A stretch of 64,000 nt of DNA from Candidatus Falkowbacteria bacterium (GCA_043801965.1 JAZDLN010000051.1:19720-83719); one strand, 5' to 3'. Shown: positions 9,947 through 19,698, counted from the stretch's first letter. Notes: generated from the sequence alone by a model not told the origin. Translations and numbers: made by a program.

Positions 9947-10360
9947 ATGCTCGATAATCCGTTCGAAGACGAAGGTTTAACGCACCATGAACGAAAAACC
10001 AAGTTGAAAGAAATTTTTGACGAACTGCAAAGGCGCTTATCCGTCAAAGACCTCGAGGCAATCAAGGAAATGCTTACGGTTGCCGGTTTAGATGCCGCGA
10101 CCGTCAAGGGTATCGTTATCAATCCGCGAAAGATCGAACTTAGCCGGGAATTAGACTGTTTGGCCGAAGAATGGCAAAATGAACAGCTGCGTCATCCCAG
10201 AATAAGATACGCCACGCCCGACAAAATTTACGCCCTTAAGAAATCGTCCGAAAAACTCGCGTCCGAAGCCTCCCAGTCCGACCTCTGCCATCCGGAATAC
10301 ACCCGAGCGGCCAATCTGGATAAACAGATCAGTTTCGCGATACTGGATTATGAAGAGTAA
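9947..10360 (+). CDS. hypothetical protein
   Basis: GGAGGG SD; 137-aa helical-looking ORF. Confidence 0.65.
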   Translation: MLDNPFEDEGLTHHERKTKLKEIFDELQRRLSVKDLEAIKEMLTVAGLDAATVKGIVINPRKIELSRELDCLAEEWQNEQLRHPRIRYATPDKIYALKKSSEKLASEASQSDLCHPEYTRAANLDKQISFAILDYEE

Positions 10361-10412
10361 GGAGTAAGCAAAATTTTATACAACAAACTCCCGGGAACAA
10401 TAAAGGAGAAAG

Positions 10413-10622
10413 ATGACAATAGATGAATTAACCAAAGCAACCGAAAATTCTATAAAAATGGCCAAAGAGATTTGGCTTCGTGCCGTCGGAACATCGGTTC
10501 CGGATGAAGGCGATAAAATGGCTATTGGCCAACTGGCCAGTGTCTTGCTTCAGGACCACCTTGCCCAACAGAGACAGCAACTCGATTCAAAATACAGTTT
10601 AATGGGCCAAGGCATGCCCTAA
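10413..10622 (+). CDS. hypothetical protein
   Basis: AAGGAG SD; followed by a terminator. Confidence 0.65.
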   Translation: MTIDELTKATENSIKMAKEIWLRAVGTSVPDEGDKMAIGQLASVLLQDHLAQQRQQLDSKYSLMGQGMP

Positions 10623-10655
10623 ACTAAAAAATTCTCACTAATCATTTCTAAAACC

Positions 10656-10690
10656 AAAAAACTCTCGCAAAAACGCGGGAGTATTTTTTT
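10656..10690. terminator. bidirectional terminator
   Basis: A-run, actctcgc...gcgggagt stem, T-run, between convergent genes. Confidence 0.6.
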
Positions 10691-10789
10691 GCCCTCACCC
10701 CGGCTCTCCCGAAGCGTCGGGATCGCCGACCCTCTCCCGCGATTTAAATCGCGGGAGAGGGTGACGAGCGGAGCGAGTCGGGTGAGGGC
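10691..10789. repeat. ~99-bp palindrome of the CCCTCACCC..CCCTCTCCC..GGGAGAGGG family (family A), overlapping the mnmA 3' end
   Basis: gccctcaccc...accctctcccgcgatt-ta-aatcgcgggagagggt...gggtgagggc. Confidence 0.85.
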
Positions 10790-12099
10790 ATAATAACCCC
10801 GCCCCCTAAAACCTCGTCCCCGTCATAAAACACGACCGATTGCCCCGGTGTTACCGCCCGCTGCGGTTCCTTGAGTTTAACGTTATATTCCTTAACTCCG
10901 CCCTCAAGCGCCACCGGAACACCCCTCCCCCTCCCACCCCGAATGATGGGCGGGTGCCGGAGCGGAGCGGAGGCGGGAGGGGTATTGGGGAGAGGTAGAG
11001 ACGCGACTTCGCATCCCACCGCCTTATGCCGGTACCGGATCACGGCCTCGCATTTTAAAGGCATCTCCGGCTCGAATCCGGAAACCCAATTGATTTCAGA
11101 GACGATAAAATTATCGCGGAAAAGCGCCGGGTCGTTTGCGTCGGATACGACGTATAAAGTATTGGTTTTATAGTCCGTGCCCGCGACATAATAAGGCCCG
11201 GTGCCGCCAATCTCGACTCCCCGCCTCTGCCCGAGCGTATAAAGCGGCAAACCCTGATGCTGTCCGATTACTTTGCCCGCACCCTCTCGCGCCGCCGGAA
11301 CACCCCTCCCCGTCCCTCCCCTAATTAGGGGAGGGTGCTGAAGCGGAGCGGAGGCAGGAGGGGTGCTAGATGCAAGAGCCACTATCGGCCCGGGCTCCAT
11401 TTTAAGATATTTTTTCAGATACTCGTTATGCTCCAAAATCTTCCCCTCGCTGTTTAAAAAACAAACATCCTGGCTTTCGCCCGTTAAATGCGGCAATCCC
11501 GCCTCCGCCGCTATTTTCCTGATTTCATCCTTAGTGTATTCTCCGAGCGGAAACAGTATTTTTTTCAGTTGATCCTGCGTTAAAGTATATAAAAAATACG
11601 ATTGGTCTTTATTAGTATCTATACCCCTAAACAAAGCACATAATTCATTTTTCATGACATAATGCCCGGTAGAGAGATAATCCGCGCCTAATTCGTCAGC
11701 CACGCGTAAAAGCTCCCCGAATTTAATAAGCCGGTTGCACCTAACGCATGGATTTGGCGTTATCCCCTCTTGATAACTTTTTAAAAAATAATCTATTACC
11801 TCTTTCCGGAATCTGACGGTCAGATTGACCGGATAGAATCTTATGCCGAGCTTCTTAGCCACCTGCCGGGCCGCCGCCTCGCTTTTATCGTTCGGAAACC
11901 CCAGGCGCATGAATATGCCGGTTACGTCATAACCCTCTTTACGCAACAAAAAAGCCGCCGTGGAAGAATCTACCCCCCCGGACAAGGCTACAACAACACG
12001 AGATTTTTTTCCCGCACCGCCAGCTTGCCCCGCATAATCCCGAAGGGATTTGTGCGGGGACGTGGCAACTATTACTTTTTTATTTTTTGCATTTTTCAT
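10744..12099 (-). CDS. mnmA: tRNA-specific 2-thiouridylase MnmA carrying repeat-derived insertions
   Basis: SGGVDSS, TPNPCVRCN..IKFG, TGHY, KDQSYFL, ESQDVCF, YTLGQRRG, PQRAVTPGQS. Confidence 0.96.
   Translation of the reverse strand: MKNAKNKKVIVATSPHKSLRDYAGQAGGAGKKSRVVVALSGGVDSSTAAFLLRKEGYDVTGIFMRLGFPNDKSEAAARQVAKKLGIRFYPVNLTVRFRKEVIDYFLKSYQEGITPNPCVRCNRLIKFGELLRVADELGADYLSTGHYVMKNELCALFRGIDTNKDQSYFLYTLTQDQLKKILFPLGEYTKDEIRKIAAEAGLPHLTGESQDVCFLNSEGKILEHNEYLKKYLKMEPGPIVALASSTPPASAPLQHPPLIRGGTGRGVPAAREGAGKVIGQHQGLPLYTLGQRRGVEIGGTGPYYVAGTDYKTNTLYVVSDANDPALFRDNFIVSEINWVSGFEPEMPLKCEAVIRYRHKAVGCEVASLPLPNTPPASAPLRHPPIIRGGRGRGVPVALEGGVKEYNVKLKEPQRAVTPGQSVVFYDGDEVLGGGVIMPSPDSLRSSPSPAI
10920..10984 (-). 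repeat. 65-bp intragenic palindromic element (family D), copy inside mnmA
   Basis: CACCCCTCC..GGAGGGGT ends; encodes TPPASAPLRHPPIIRGGRGRGV. Confidence 0.9.
11301..11365 (-). repeat. 65-bp intragenic palindromic element (family D), second copy inside mnmA
   Basis: Core palindrome ccctcccctaattaggggaggg; encodes TPPASAPLQHPPLIRGGTGRGV. Confidence 0.92.
12023..12059. repeat. GCTTGCCCCGCAT..TGCGGG hairpin element (family E) inside the mnmA 5' end
   Basis: Related copy at 24879-24911. Confidence 0.65.
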
Positions 12100-12114
12100 C
12101 TTTAGTAAACTTCA

Positions 12115-12161
12115 CTCTCCCGTGAGCGACGCCAGCCGGGGGAGAGGGGCGGGGGTGAGGG
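12115..12161. repeat. family A palindromic repeat
   Basis: ctctccc...gggagaggggcgggggtgaggg. Confidence 0.8.
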
Positions 12162-12212
12162 AAAAACAAAAAGCGCGCCAGCGCCTTCGTGCTAAATACT
12201 AAATACTATATG

Positions 12213-13613
12213 CTAAATACTTAAAACCAGTATATCCGATAAGCCGCCTTCCAGGGCGTGGAACTTAAAGTATATCAAGCTGGAAACGAATAAAATTACC
12301 AGAAAACTCTGCAGTATCACGTGCTTATGCTGGATCTCGTATCGGACAATGATGTTGACGATCAGGGCCATGATCAAAAGAGTAAGAATGGCGACAAAGA
12401 CGTAATTTACCGCCCTCGCTATACCGGAGGCGCGCATGGTCCTGGCGTCAGCCGTATTCTTGAACACCAGCGGTTCGCTCGGAATATTCTTTTCCAGGGC
12501 GCTGTTCGGGCTTGCCGGATCAGCCATCGCCAATTTTTGTCCATCCGCGGCCGGAACGGTTTCCGGCAATACCGGCGGGATAGCCGGCAATATTTCCGGT
12601 TCGCTCATGGTTTTCTCTTCAGCCGTTGGATTGGGGCTAACTTTATCTGCCGGTTTAGACTCAACGGTTTCCGTTTTCGGCGCCGGTTTTATGGCCGGTT
12701 TAACGACGGCGACTGCTGGCGCCGGCTTCTCTTCTTCTTTCTTGTTGTCATCGGCCAAAACGGCTACCGTTTCCGGCGTGGCCGGTTTAACATCGGCAGG
12801 AGAAGAAGGGGCGGGCTCGCCCGCCGGAGCTTTAGCGTAGGCGGGTCTGGTCGTACCGAAAAGCTGGACCAAAACATTGGTTTGTTTGCCGTTCATGGTA
12901 CCGGTTACCATCGCCAGTCCGACATCGGCGTAACGATCGTTTAAAATATTGTGCTTATGCGAGGGCGAGTTCATTAAAGCCCGGTGGGCCGAATCGGCGG
13001 AGGTAAAATTCATGGCTAAGTTTTCGCCCACGAACAGATATTTATATTGGCCGCGGTCGATCCAATCCCAGGGTTTTTTGCCGTCCGGCGAATGGTGCGC
13101 GAAATAACCTTTGGCGATCATGTCTTCGGCTTTCTCGTGCGCCGCGATATTGAGTACTAGGTTAGAATTAACGGTTCCCAGTCCCGCTTCCGCGCGGGCG
13201 CCATTGATCAAAGTCAGTATTTCTTCGGTCATGTTCTCGGTCATGCGTCCTTCCTCCGGGTAAACCAGGAACAAATATCCGACCAGGGATATTTTTATGA
13301 CGACCAGAAGCACAATGATCAAGGCCAGCGAATGGGCGCGGAGTATTTTCGGCTTGTGGCTGTTGCCGTCGTGGGGAATAAAATAATCATAAAATAACCG
13401 GCTCGAATCGGAGCAGTATTTACTGAACGTTTCCCGGCCGGTCCTAAGTTCGTTTATCTCCCTTTCTTCGCTCCGAAAAAAATCTTTCAGGTTTTGCCTG
13501 ATATCCTGATATTTTTTCTGTCCGTCCTGCCAAAAAAAGGCTACTAACTTATAAAGTAAATAGGCTAATATTAAATATAAAATTCCTCTTTTTTTATTGT
13601 TTTTCTGCGTCAT
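12213..13613 (-). CDS. CAP/SCP domain membrane protein with Pro/Ala-rich linker
   Basis: IN.AR...GL......L..AA..KA.DM..KGYFAH, GENLAMNF, LMNSPSH..NIL; N- and C-terminal TM helices. Confidence 0.88.
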   Translation of the reverse strand: MTQKNNKKRGILYLILAYLLYKLVAFFWQDGQKKYQDIRQNLKDFFRSEEREINELRTGRETFSKYCSDSSRLFYDYFIPHDGNSHKPKILRAHSLALIIVLLVVIKISLVGYLFLVYPEEGRMTENMTEEILTLINGARAEAGLGTVNSNLVLNIAAHEKAEDMIAKGYFAHHSPDGKKPWDWIDRGQYKYLFVGENLAMNFTSADSAHRALMNSPSHKHNILNDRYADVGLAMVTGTMNGKQTNVLVQLFGTTRPAYAKAPAGEPAPSSPADVKPATPETVAVLADDNKKEEEKPAPAVAVVKPAIKPAPKTETVESKPADKVSPNPTAEEKTMSEPEILPAIPPVLPETVPAADGQKLAMADPASPNSALEKNIPSEPLVFKNTADARTMRASGIARAVNYVFVAILTLLIMALIVNIIVRYEIQHKHVILQSFLVILFVSSLIYFKFHALEGGLSDILVLSI

Positions 13614-13670
13614 AAATTTTATATTTTAATAATAGCATAAAAAGACTGAAACGTCAAGCAAAAATTCAAT

Positions 13671-13869
13671 GCCCTCACCCTGACCCTCTCCCTGGACTGC
13701 GGTGTCCAGGGCGAGGGAACTATAGTAAGATGTTGTGGAATTTTCCAATGTCAAAAATATTAAATTAGAAAGAGAGTTGAACAAAACAATGCAAAAAATC
13801 TAAACGTATAAAGTAATCTCCCCTCTCCCGCGGCGCCGCAGCCGCGGGAGAGGGGCTGGGGGTGAGGGC
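13671..13869. repeat. pair of inversely oriented family A repeats (13671-13717, 13818-13869)
   Basis: gccctcaccctgaccctctccc..gggcgaggg and ctcccctctccc..gggagaggggctgggggtgagggc. Confidence 0.8.
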
Positions 13870-13904
13870 AACAAAAAACAGGCGATGGTTTCGCCTGCGT
13901 GATT

Positions 13905-14330
13905 TTATTTGCCGCAGATTTCGATGATTTCCAGGACGACTTCCCCTTGACGATCCAAAGATAAATACTGTCCGAATCCTGGAACTTCTCTTTTTAAAAA
14001 CATATAAAGTTTTTCGGCGGTATTTTTTTCTTGTATACTTTTTTCTGCTTCAATAATCTCGGAAGCGATTTTTTTCGCCATTTCTATTATGGCGACTTCG
14101 ACCTTGCCCGTAATCGTAATCTCCGACGGCCTGTCAAGAAATTTTCCCATTAGGCCAATATCCAGTCTTAATCCCAAATCAGATTGCTGGCCGTTGAACT
14201 TGTAACGGACTAAACGAAAAACGTTACATCCTCCAGTTTTTTTGACCGCCCGTTCAGCCCGGAAAAACTCTATCCCCGGTAAATCCGCATGTTTTGCGTT
14301 TTCAACAATCGGAATGATTTTTTTTCTCAT
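13905..14330 (-). CDS. hypothetical protein
   Basis: Likely start ATG 14330 (MRKKIIPIV) with an AAGGAG SD, just after the NUDIX stop. Confidence 0.6.
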   Translation of the reverse strand: MRKKIIPIVENAKHADLPGIEFFRAERAVKKTGGCNVFRLVRYKFNGQQSDLGLRLDIGLMGKFLDRPSEITITGKVEVAIIEMAKKIASEIIEAEKSIQEKNTAEKLYMFLKREVPGFGQYLSLDRQGEVVLEIIEICGK

Positions 14331-14332
14331 TT

Positions 14333-14782
14333 TTACTGATTCTCCTTTTCCAAAATCCCCATTTTTTCGAACCAGTATTTCCAAACCGGTTCTAGGGTTA
14401 ATTTTTCCATTTCCTCTGGGGTATACCACCCCATAGATTTCGCTTCTTCGTCTTCTTTCCGCTCTTCGCCCTCGACTTCGCAAATGAACAGATACCAATA
14501 ATGGCATTTCACGCCGGCGCCACAATAATTCCAGGGCACCTCTTCTTCGTAAAGGTATTCAAAATCGACGACCGTAAATCCGCTTTCTTCCCTGACTTCG
14601 CGCTCCATGGCCAATTCCGGAACTTCCCCTTCGTCAACGTGTCCGGCTACTCCGGCGAACCCGAAGGGCTCTCTGGCGCGGTCGATCAATAAGTATTTTC
14701 CGTCTTTCACGATTACGGCCCCGACAGAATAATGCATCGGTCGCCCGTCGGAACTTGTCCCTGATTTTGGTTTCGGGTGCAT
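14333..14782 (-). CDS. NUDIX hydrolase
   Basis: Nudix box AGHVDEGEVPELAMEREVREESG. Confidence 0.92.
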   Translation of the reverse strand: MHPKPKSGTSSDGRPMHYSVGAVIVKDGKYLLIDRAREPFGFAGVAGHVDEGEVPELAMEREVREESGFTVVDFEYLYEEEVPWNYCGAGVKCHYWYLFICEVEGEERKEDEEAKSMGWYTPEEMEKLTLEPVWKYWFEKMGILEKENQ

Positions 14783-14873
14783 GTGAAATCCTTTCCTGAA
14801 AAAATTAATATTTAAAGATCGTATGTTTAAAAATATATAACGATTAGTCTTCCGTCCTGCTTAATACTAAATA

Positions 14874-15539
14874 CTAATTTTCTAAAAGCTCCGCGATCAC
14901 GACCAGCCTCTGCGCGGTCGAGTAGATCGGCGTGCAGGTGAACATGGTCAGGGTCGGTTTTTCGGTCGGATTCATAATAGAAAGATCCGTGGGTTCCACT
15001 ACTTTTATTTCTTTGATACGGTAAAAATAATCCTTTTCTTTATATATCACGGAAACAATATCCCCGATAACCAATTTATCAAACAGGAAAAAGGTCAGAT
15101 TGTTGGGCGGCAGATATTTAAAACGATGCCCGGTAATGACGGTGTTGCCCCCTTTATCCGGGGTCGAACTTTCCGGCACGCGCCAGGAGCCGCGGGACAA
15201 GCCGTAATCGGCGGATTTAGCTTCCACGATCGGCGCGTTTACGCCGATCTTGGTGATTATTATCCGGTTCGGGGATACCGCGTACTCGGCTTCGGGTAGC
15301 TTGCTCACGATCTTGGCTGTTTTCTCTTTGACGATAACCTCGTCCTGATGGACGGCCGCCGCCTCCGTGCTCGTACCCGTAACTCCGGCCAGAGACGCCT
15401 CCCTTCTTTGCGTCATCCTGTATTTTACGGAAGGATAGAGCGGCAGGGCGAATATATAAACTATCACGAGGATAGCCAAAAATTCCATTGTTAAAACAAC
15501 CGCCTTTAAGACTTTTCCTTTTATCGCTTTTTTCTCCAT
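14874..15539 (-). CDS. sortase (class D/E-like)
   Basis: N-terminal TM; GNTVITGHR (His), TLTMFTCTP (Cys), QRLVV (Arg). Confidence 0.93.
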   Translation of the reverse strand: MEKKAIKGKVLKAVVLTMEFLAILVIVYIFALPLYPSVKYRMTQRREASLAGVTGTSTEAAAVHQDEVIVKEKTAKIVSKLPEAEYAVSPNRIIITKIGVNAPIVEAKSADYGLSRGSWRVPESSTPDKGGNTVITGHRFKYLPPNNLTFFLFDKLVIGDIVSVIYKEKDYFYRIKEIKVVEPTDLSIMNPTEKPTLTMFTCTPIYSTAQRLVVIAELLEN

Positions 15540-15557
15540 TTATATTGATCTAAATTA

Positions 15558-18500
15558 TTAATTTTTACCCGCGAAGCTCTTTCTTAACCGGAGAGGCCTG
15601 GTCTTTTTCAGGTTTACAACTTCGGGTATTTCTTCGTTATTGAGCGAGCGTTCCTTGATGGTCAGGATGATCGTTAAAATTACGAAAATCACGGAAAGCG
15701 CGATCAGAAGTTTCATGGCCAACCGGGCCGGAGCCAGATCGATCTTATTGCCGATCCGCCCGGAATTATCCAAAAAAGCAAAATCGTTTTCGCCGGGATA
15801 AAAGGTCTGGTCTAATTCCGTGGCGGTCTCGCCCGCGTATCCGGCGGCTAAAGCCTTTTCTGGTTGGCCGACGATATCGTCCAAAAAGCCTAAGCGGGAA
15901 ATAGCCGGGGCGACCGCGACCGGTTGCGGAACGGCAACTTCCTCACTGCTAAGACCTGCCACTGCCACGGTCTTGATCTCAAGACTGGACCGATCCCGGG
16001 CGGTTTCTGCGGTCCCGGAATTATCGGACTTAACTTCAAATTCGATCAAATATAGTCCCGGTTCGGCGGTCTTATCCGCCTCTACAGTAAAAAATACTTT
16101 CCTGAATTGTCCCGGAACCATATCTCCCAGGTTCCAATTGTTTATTATACCACCCCCATCTAAAAATGTCAATCCATCACCCAAACTTCCGCTCAGAATA
16201 ACGCCTTTAGCCGTTTTTACGCCGTTATTGGTAATAACCGCCTTGTAAGTAACCGTATCTCCGGGATTTGCGTAGTCCGCGCCGCCGGAAAGTCCGATCT
16301 CGAGCAAGGGCCTAAACCCAAACCAGTCCGGGTTCTCCACCTTGATCTTGGTCGAAGCGACCACAGCCACAAAATCATCCTTGGCCGCGTCGTATCCTTC
16401 GACGGTCACTTCGTTTGCGTAAACCCCGCTCCGGATATTGGACGTAATCTCGAGCGAGTAGCCGATACTGACCTCTTCGCGGTCGAGAACCGCGCCGAGC
16501 TCCCAAAGCTCCCGGTTAACCTCGACTTTCCCCTCTTCACCCGATAGAATATCCAGTACCAGTACGTCCTCCATGGGCGTACCGCCTGGATTCCTGATCG
16601 TGATCGTATAATTGACGACGTCGCCCGGACGGACAACATCGGCCGCGTCATTGGTTTTAACGACGACGAGAGCGGGAGATGTATTACCCATCCTGTTATC
16701 GGCGTCGGTTCGGGATGATAAAGAATTGCCCGCGCCGCCGGCGGCGGCCGCATTCCCGCCATCAACGACGACGGTCCCGCCGGCGGAATTATCACCCGGA
16801 TCGCGATCGTTTCCGAAGGATGAAATCGCGACGGTATTATCCGCGTTATGATGCCCCGCCGAAATATCGTCCCTGACCCTGACGGCATAACTTAAACTGC
16901 CCTGCGTATTGGGCGGGAGATCAGAGAGCGGCCAAGCGACAATACCGGCGCCCGCCTCGCTCCAGACGTAATTTTCGTCATAATCGTCGGACAGGGTCAC
17001 TCCGGTCGCCAGACCGTCGCCTTTGTTGCCGAACAGGAAGGTGTAATTTATATAATCCCCCCGCCTGACCGGCCCGGCCGCGTCGTTCGCTTCCGTTACC
17101 CAAAGATCAGGCAGACCGAAAGCCAGGTTGCCCTGCCAATCGCCGAAAACGTTTACCATGGAAAATTCCCAGCTATTGCCCGTAAAATTAGCGTTAATGA
17201 AATTTAAAAGGCTGTTTTGGATATTGATATCGCCGGTCGCGATACTGCCGCCGTCACTATGTAGAATCGAGTTATTGCCGGTCGAGGCGTTTATCTCAAT
17301 ATTATTGGTGGTCGAGGCCAGATTAGTATTACCGACGATCATTTGCGCGTAAGCGGAGTAAAATTCCGGATCGGATAGGATATCGTTATAGATCGTGATC
17401 CCGTATTCGTCCTCTAAGTAATCGTAACCGGCGGGAAGTCCGGTTATAAAGCCGTCCCAATTCCCGAAGATATTTACCCGCGCGAATTTCCAGGCATTGC
17501 CGGTTACGCTGTAGTTTATCAGGTTAAAAACATGCGACTCTACGACGGCCTCTCCGGTAGTGATCTCGCCTCCTCCCTCGGTCGTATTGTCGCCGGTCGA
17601 GGCGTTAATATCTATATTATTAAGAAGATCGGCCGCGTCCGTGTTGGCTAAAATAATACCGGCGGATTCGGCTTCAAGTTCCGGCGTCTGGGCGATAACC
17701 TCTGTCGTCGTCGCTGCTTCATCGGCACTGGTACTGGCGGCGTTACCGGGGCCGGGCAGGATAATATCGCCTTTAAGCTCGCCGAAAATATTAACGACCG
17801 CGAAAAACCAATCATTCCCGGCTACGTTCAGGTTGGCGATATTCACGAGGTCGTTCACGATCTCGATATCGCCGGTTTCGATCCGGCCCTCTCCGGTCGA
17901 GGTGGCGATTATATTATCGCCGGTATTGGCGTCGATAACGATATTATTATCCGTCGAAGCCGAATTATCGTTATTTATCGTCACGTAGCAATCGATAACA
18001 TCGCAGGCGCCGCTTTCTTCGACCGCTGTTTCCTCCCCGTTAAAGCCGGACAGGTCGATCGCGCCCATGACATGGTTGAAAATATTTATAAAATACTCCT
18101 TGCCGGGTCCGAAAAAATTATTATTGATGTAATTCAGGATGATATTGATAATGCCGACGTCGCCGGTCGTGATCAAAGCATCCCCGGACGATGACGCGAT
18201 AGTATTTCCGCCGCTATCACCGTTAAGCAGGACGTCGTTAGTGGTCGTGGCCGCGTTTAAGTTGTCTACCGATGTCGTGCCGCTGGCCGTATCCGGACAT
18301 TCCGCGCCGCAATCGGCTTCCAGGCCGTTCGAGTTAACGATATTTTCGGCAATAGCCTCGATAATCGCTTCGCCCGTCGCTATTGTTGAAGTGCCGGTAT
18401 TATCTTCCGTTCCGTTAATACCGGTCGTATCGGTCGCGTCGTCGACCGCTTCCGCTCCGTCGAGTTCGATAATCTCTATGTTGCCGTTGTTATCCGTCTG

Positions 18501-18746
18501 ATTTCCGTTGTCAGGATCGGCCGGGTCGTCAGCGGCCGCCGCGCTATCCTGCGCATCCGATAAACCGCCGTCGATAATATTTTGATTGATGCTCGACTCC
18601 GTCTCCGTCACTTCGGCATCGCCGGTCGCTATCTCTTCGGCCAAGACCATAATAACATTGTATGAATATAACGCCGAAAAGAACATTACTATAAATACAA
18701 TAATATTTTCTTTTATTTTTAAATTTTCATGGTATTGTCTGGACAT
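15558..18746 (-). CDS. membrane-anchored surface protein: 4 Asn/Thr/Gly-rich repeats, 3 DUF11 domains, C-terminal TM
   Basis: Signal peptide; repeats N.N.A...N.i.i.A.TG.N..I.TG......N.iN; DUF11 motifs such as PGDVVNYTITIRN.G; TM followed by a basic tail; no LPxTG. Confidence 0.8.
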   Translation of the reverse strand: MSRQYHENLKIKENIIVFIVMFFSALYSYNVIMVLAEEIATGDAEVTETESSINQNIIDGGLSDAQDSAAAADDPADPDNGNQTDNNGNIEIIELDGAEAVDDATDTTGINGTEDNTGTSTIATGEAIIEAIAENIVNSNGLEADCGAECPDTASGTTSVDNLNAATTTNDVLLNGDSGGNTIASSSGDALITTGDVGIINIILNYINNNFFGPGKEYFINIFNHVMGAIDLSGFNGEETAVEESGACDVIDCYVTINNDNSASTDNNIVIDANTGDNIIATSTGEGRIETGDIEIVNDLVNIANLNVAGNDWFFAVVNIFGELKGDIILPGPGNAASTSADEAATTTEVIAQTPELEAESAGIILANTDAADLLNNIDINASTGDNTTEGGGEITTGEAVVESHVFNLINYSVTGNAWKFARVNIFGNWDGFITGLPAGYDYLEDEYGITIYNDILSDPEFYSAYAQMIVGNTNLASTTNNIEINASTGNNSILHSDGGSIATGDINIQNSLLNFINANFTGNSWEFSMVNVFGDWQGNLAFGLPDLWVTEANDAAGPVRRGDYINYTFLFGNKGDGLATGVTLSDDYDENYVWSEAGAGIVAWPLSDLPPNTQGSLSYAVRVRDDISAGHHNADNTVAISSFGNDRDPGDNSAGGTVVVDGGNAAAAGGAGNSLSSRTDADNRMGNTSPALVVVKTNDAADVVRPGDVVNYTITIRNPGGTPMEDVLVLDILSGEEGKVEVNRELWELGAVLDREEVSIGYSLEITSNIRSGVYANEVTVEGYDAAKDDFVAVVASTKIKVENPDWFGFRPLLEIGLSGGADYANPGDTVTYKAVITNNGVKTAKGVILSGSLGDGLTFLDGGGIINNWNLGDMVPGQFRKVFFTVEADKTAEPGLYLIEFEVKSDNSGTAETARDRSSLEIKTVAVAGLSSEEVAVPQPVAVAPAISRLGFLDDIVGQPEKALAAGYAGETATELDQTFYPGENDFAFLDNSGRIGNKIDLAPARLAMKLLIALSVIFVILTIILTIKERSLNNEEIPEVVNLKKTRPLRLRKSFAGKN

Positions 18747-18830
18747 ATTTTAGTAGGTTAAAAGTAAGGCGAGAAGTAATAATTGATATTGGCATAAAAA
18801 CAAAACGCTCTCTTCAATCAAATAACCACT

Positions 18831-18973
18831 TTTTCTGTCATCTCGACGACCCGCGGGAGGAGAGATCCATAATGCATTGCATCCGCGCTAAACGTCATTC
18901 CTGCGGACACAATGTATTATGGATCTCTCCCTCCGTCCCGAAACGTCGGGACTCCGGTCGAGATGACAGAAAA
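18831..18973. mobile_element. MITE/REP-like element with TGTCATCTCGA termini (family B)
   Basis: Outer IR ttttctgtcatctcgac/gtcgagatgacagaaaa, inner IR ggagagatccataatgcattg/caatgtattatggatctctcc; sister copy at 40812-40912. Confidence 0.75.
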
Positions 18974-19047
18974 AAATATTATTCAGAAAATTAAAACTTT
19001 AAAGCGTTTAACGGCGATGCTGGCTTACAATCGGAAATCGTCAATCC

Positions 19048-19698
19048 CTATCCCCAGAACCCCAGTATCTTTAAAATTCCCGCCTTGATAGCGCCGATGA
19101 AACCGGACCAGACAGCCGCGATTCCCCGGTTATCATCCGATCGATCGTCTTCCGCGGCGTTGCCGGCATCATCCGCGCAATCGCTTTCTTCGAGTGCGCA
19201 CAGCCCGTTCCCGGCCGGTTCTTCCGGCTCTTCCCAAAGCTCGCCCAAGACCGGCTCAGCAATACCCCTCCCCGTCCCTCCCCTAATTAGGGGAGGGTGC
19301 TGGAGCGAAGCGGAGGCGGGAGGGGTGTCTGAAATTTCCGCCTCCGCTTTATCGCTATCGGCGTTAACCCGGTTCTCTATTTTTAATTGAACGCTGTCTT
19401 CCGTTTCTTTCTCTATCTTTACATCAGTCACCTTTGTTCCGTTTATTTCGGTCTCTATCTCGATCTCTCCGCGCGTTTTCCCCTCGACAACGGCGCCGTT
19501 TTTCGCCGTATTGCCGCCGCTTGAGGCGGATGATTTTATATTATTGGTTATCTTTGCGCCCCCGGAATCGTCATAATAATAAACCTCGTCATATTCGGCC
19601 AGCAAATCATCGAGGTTAAAGGCCCGCGTCCCGGCCGGCAGAAACAGCATCGACGCTATGATAATATAATTAATTTTTTTAAAATATTTTACGGACAT
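19048..19698 (-). CDS. secreted acidic protein with one degenerate Asn/Thr/Gly repeat and a C-terminal amphipathic helix
   Basis: Signal peptide; AKITNNIKSSASSGGNTA..G.VVEG....IETEIN; contains a family D insert. Confidence 0.7.
   Translation of the reverse strand: MSVKYFKKINYIIIASMLFLPAGTRAFNLDDLLAEYDEVYYYDDSGGAKITNNIKSSASSGGNTAKNGAVVEGKTRGEIEIETEINGTKVTDVKIEKETEDSVQLKIENRVNADSDKAEAEISDTPPASASLQHPPLIRGGTGRGIAEPVLGELWEEPEEPAGNGLCALEESDCADDAGNAAEDDRSDDNRGIAAVWSGFIGAIKAGILKILGFWG
19263..19327 (-). repeat. 65-bp intragenic palindromic element (family D)
   Basis: Encodes TPPASASLQHPPLIRGGTGRGI in frame. Confidence 0.92.

Noticed and set aside
10920-11365. Inteins or introns in mnmA and dusB
   Set aside because: The inserts are only ~20-30 aa with no intein terminal motifs or intron core structure.
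14331-14525. N-terminal extension of ORF 13905-14525
   Set aside because: It overlaps the NUDIX gene in another frame; the SD-supported start is 14330.
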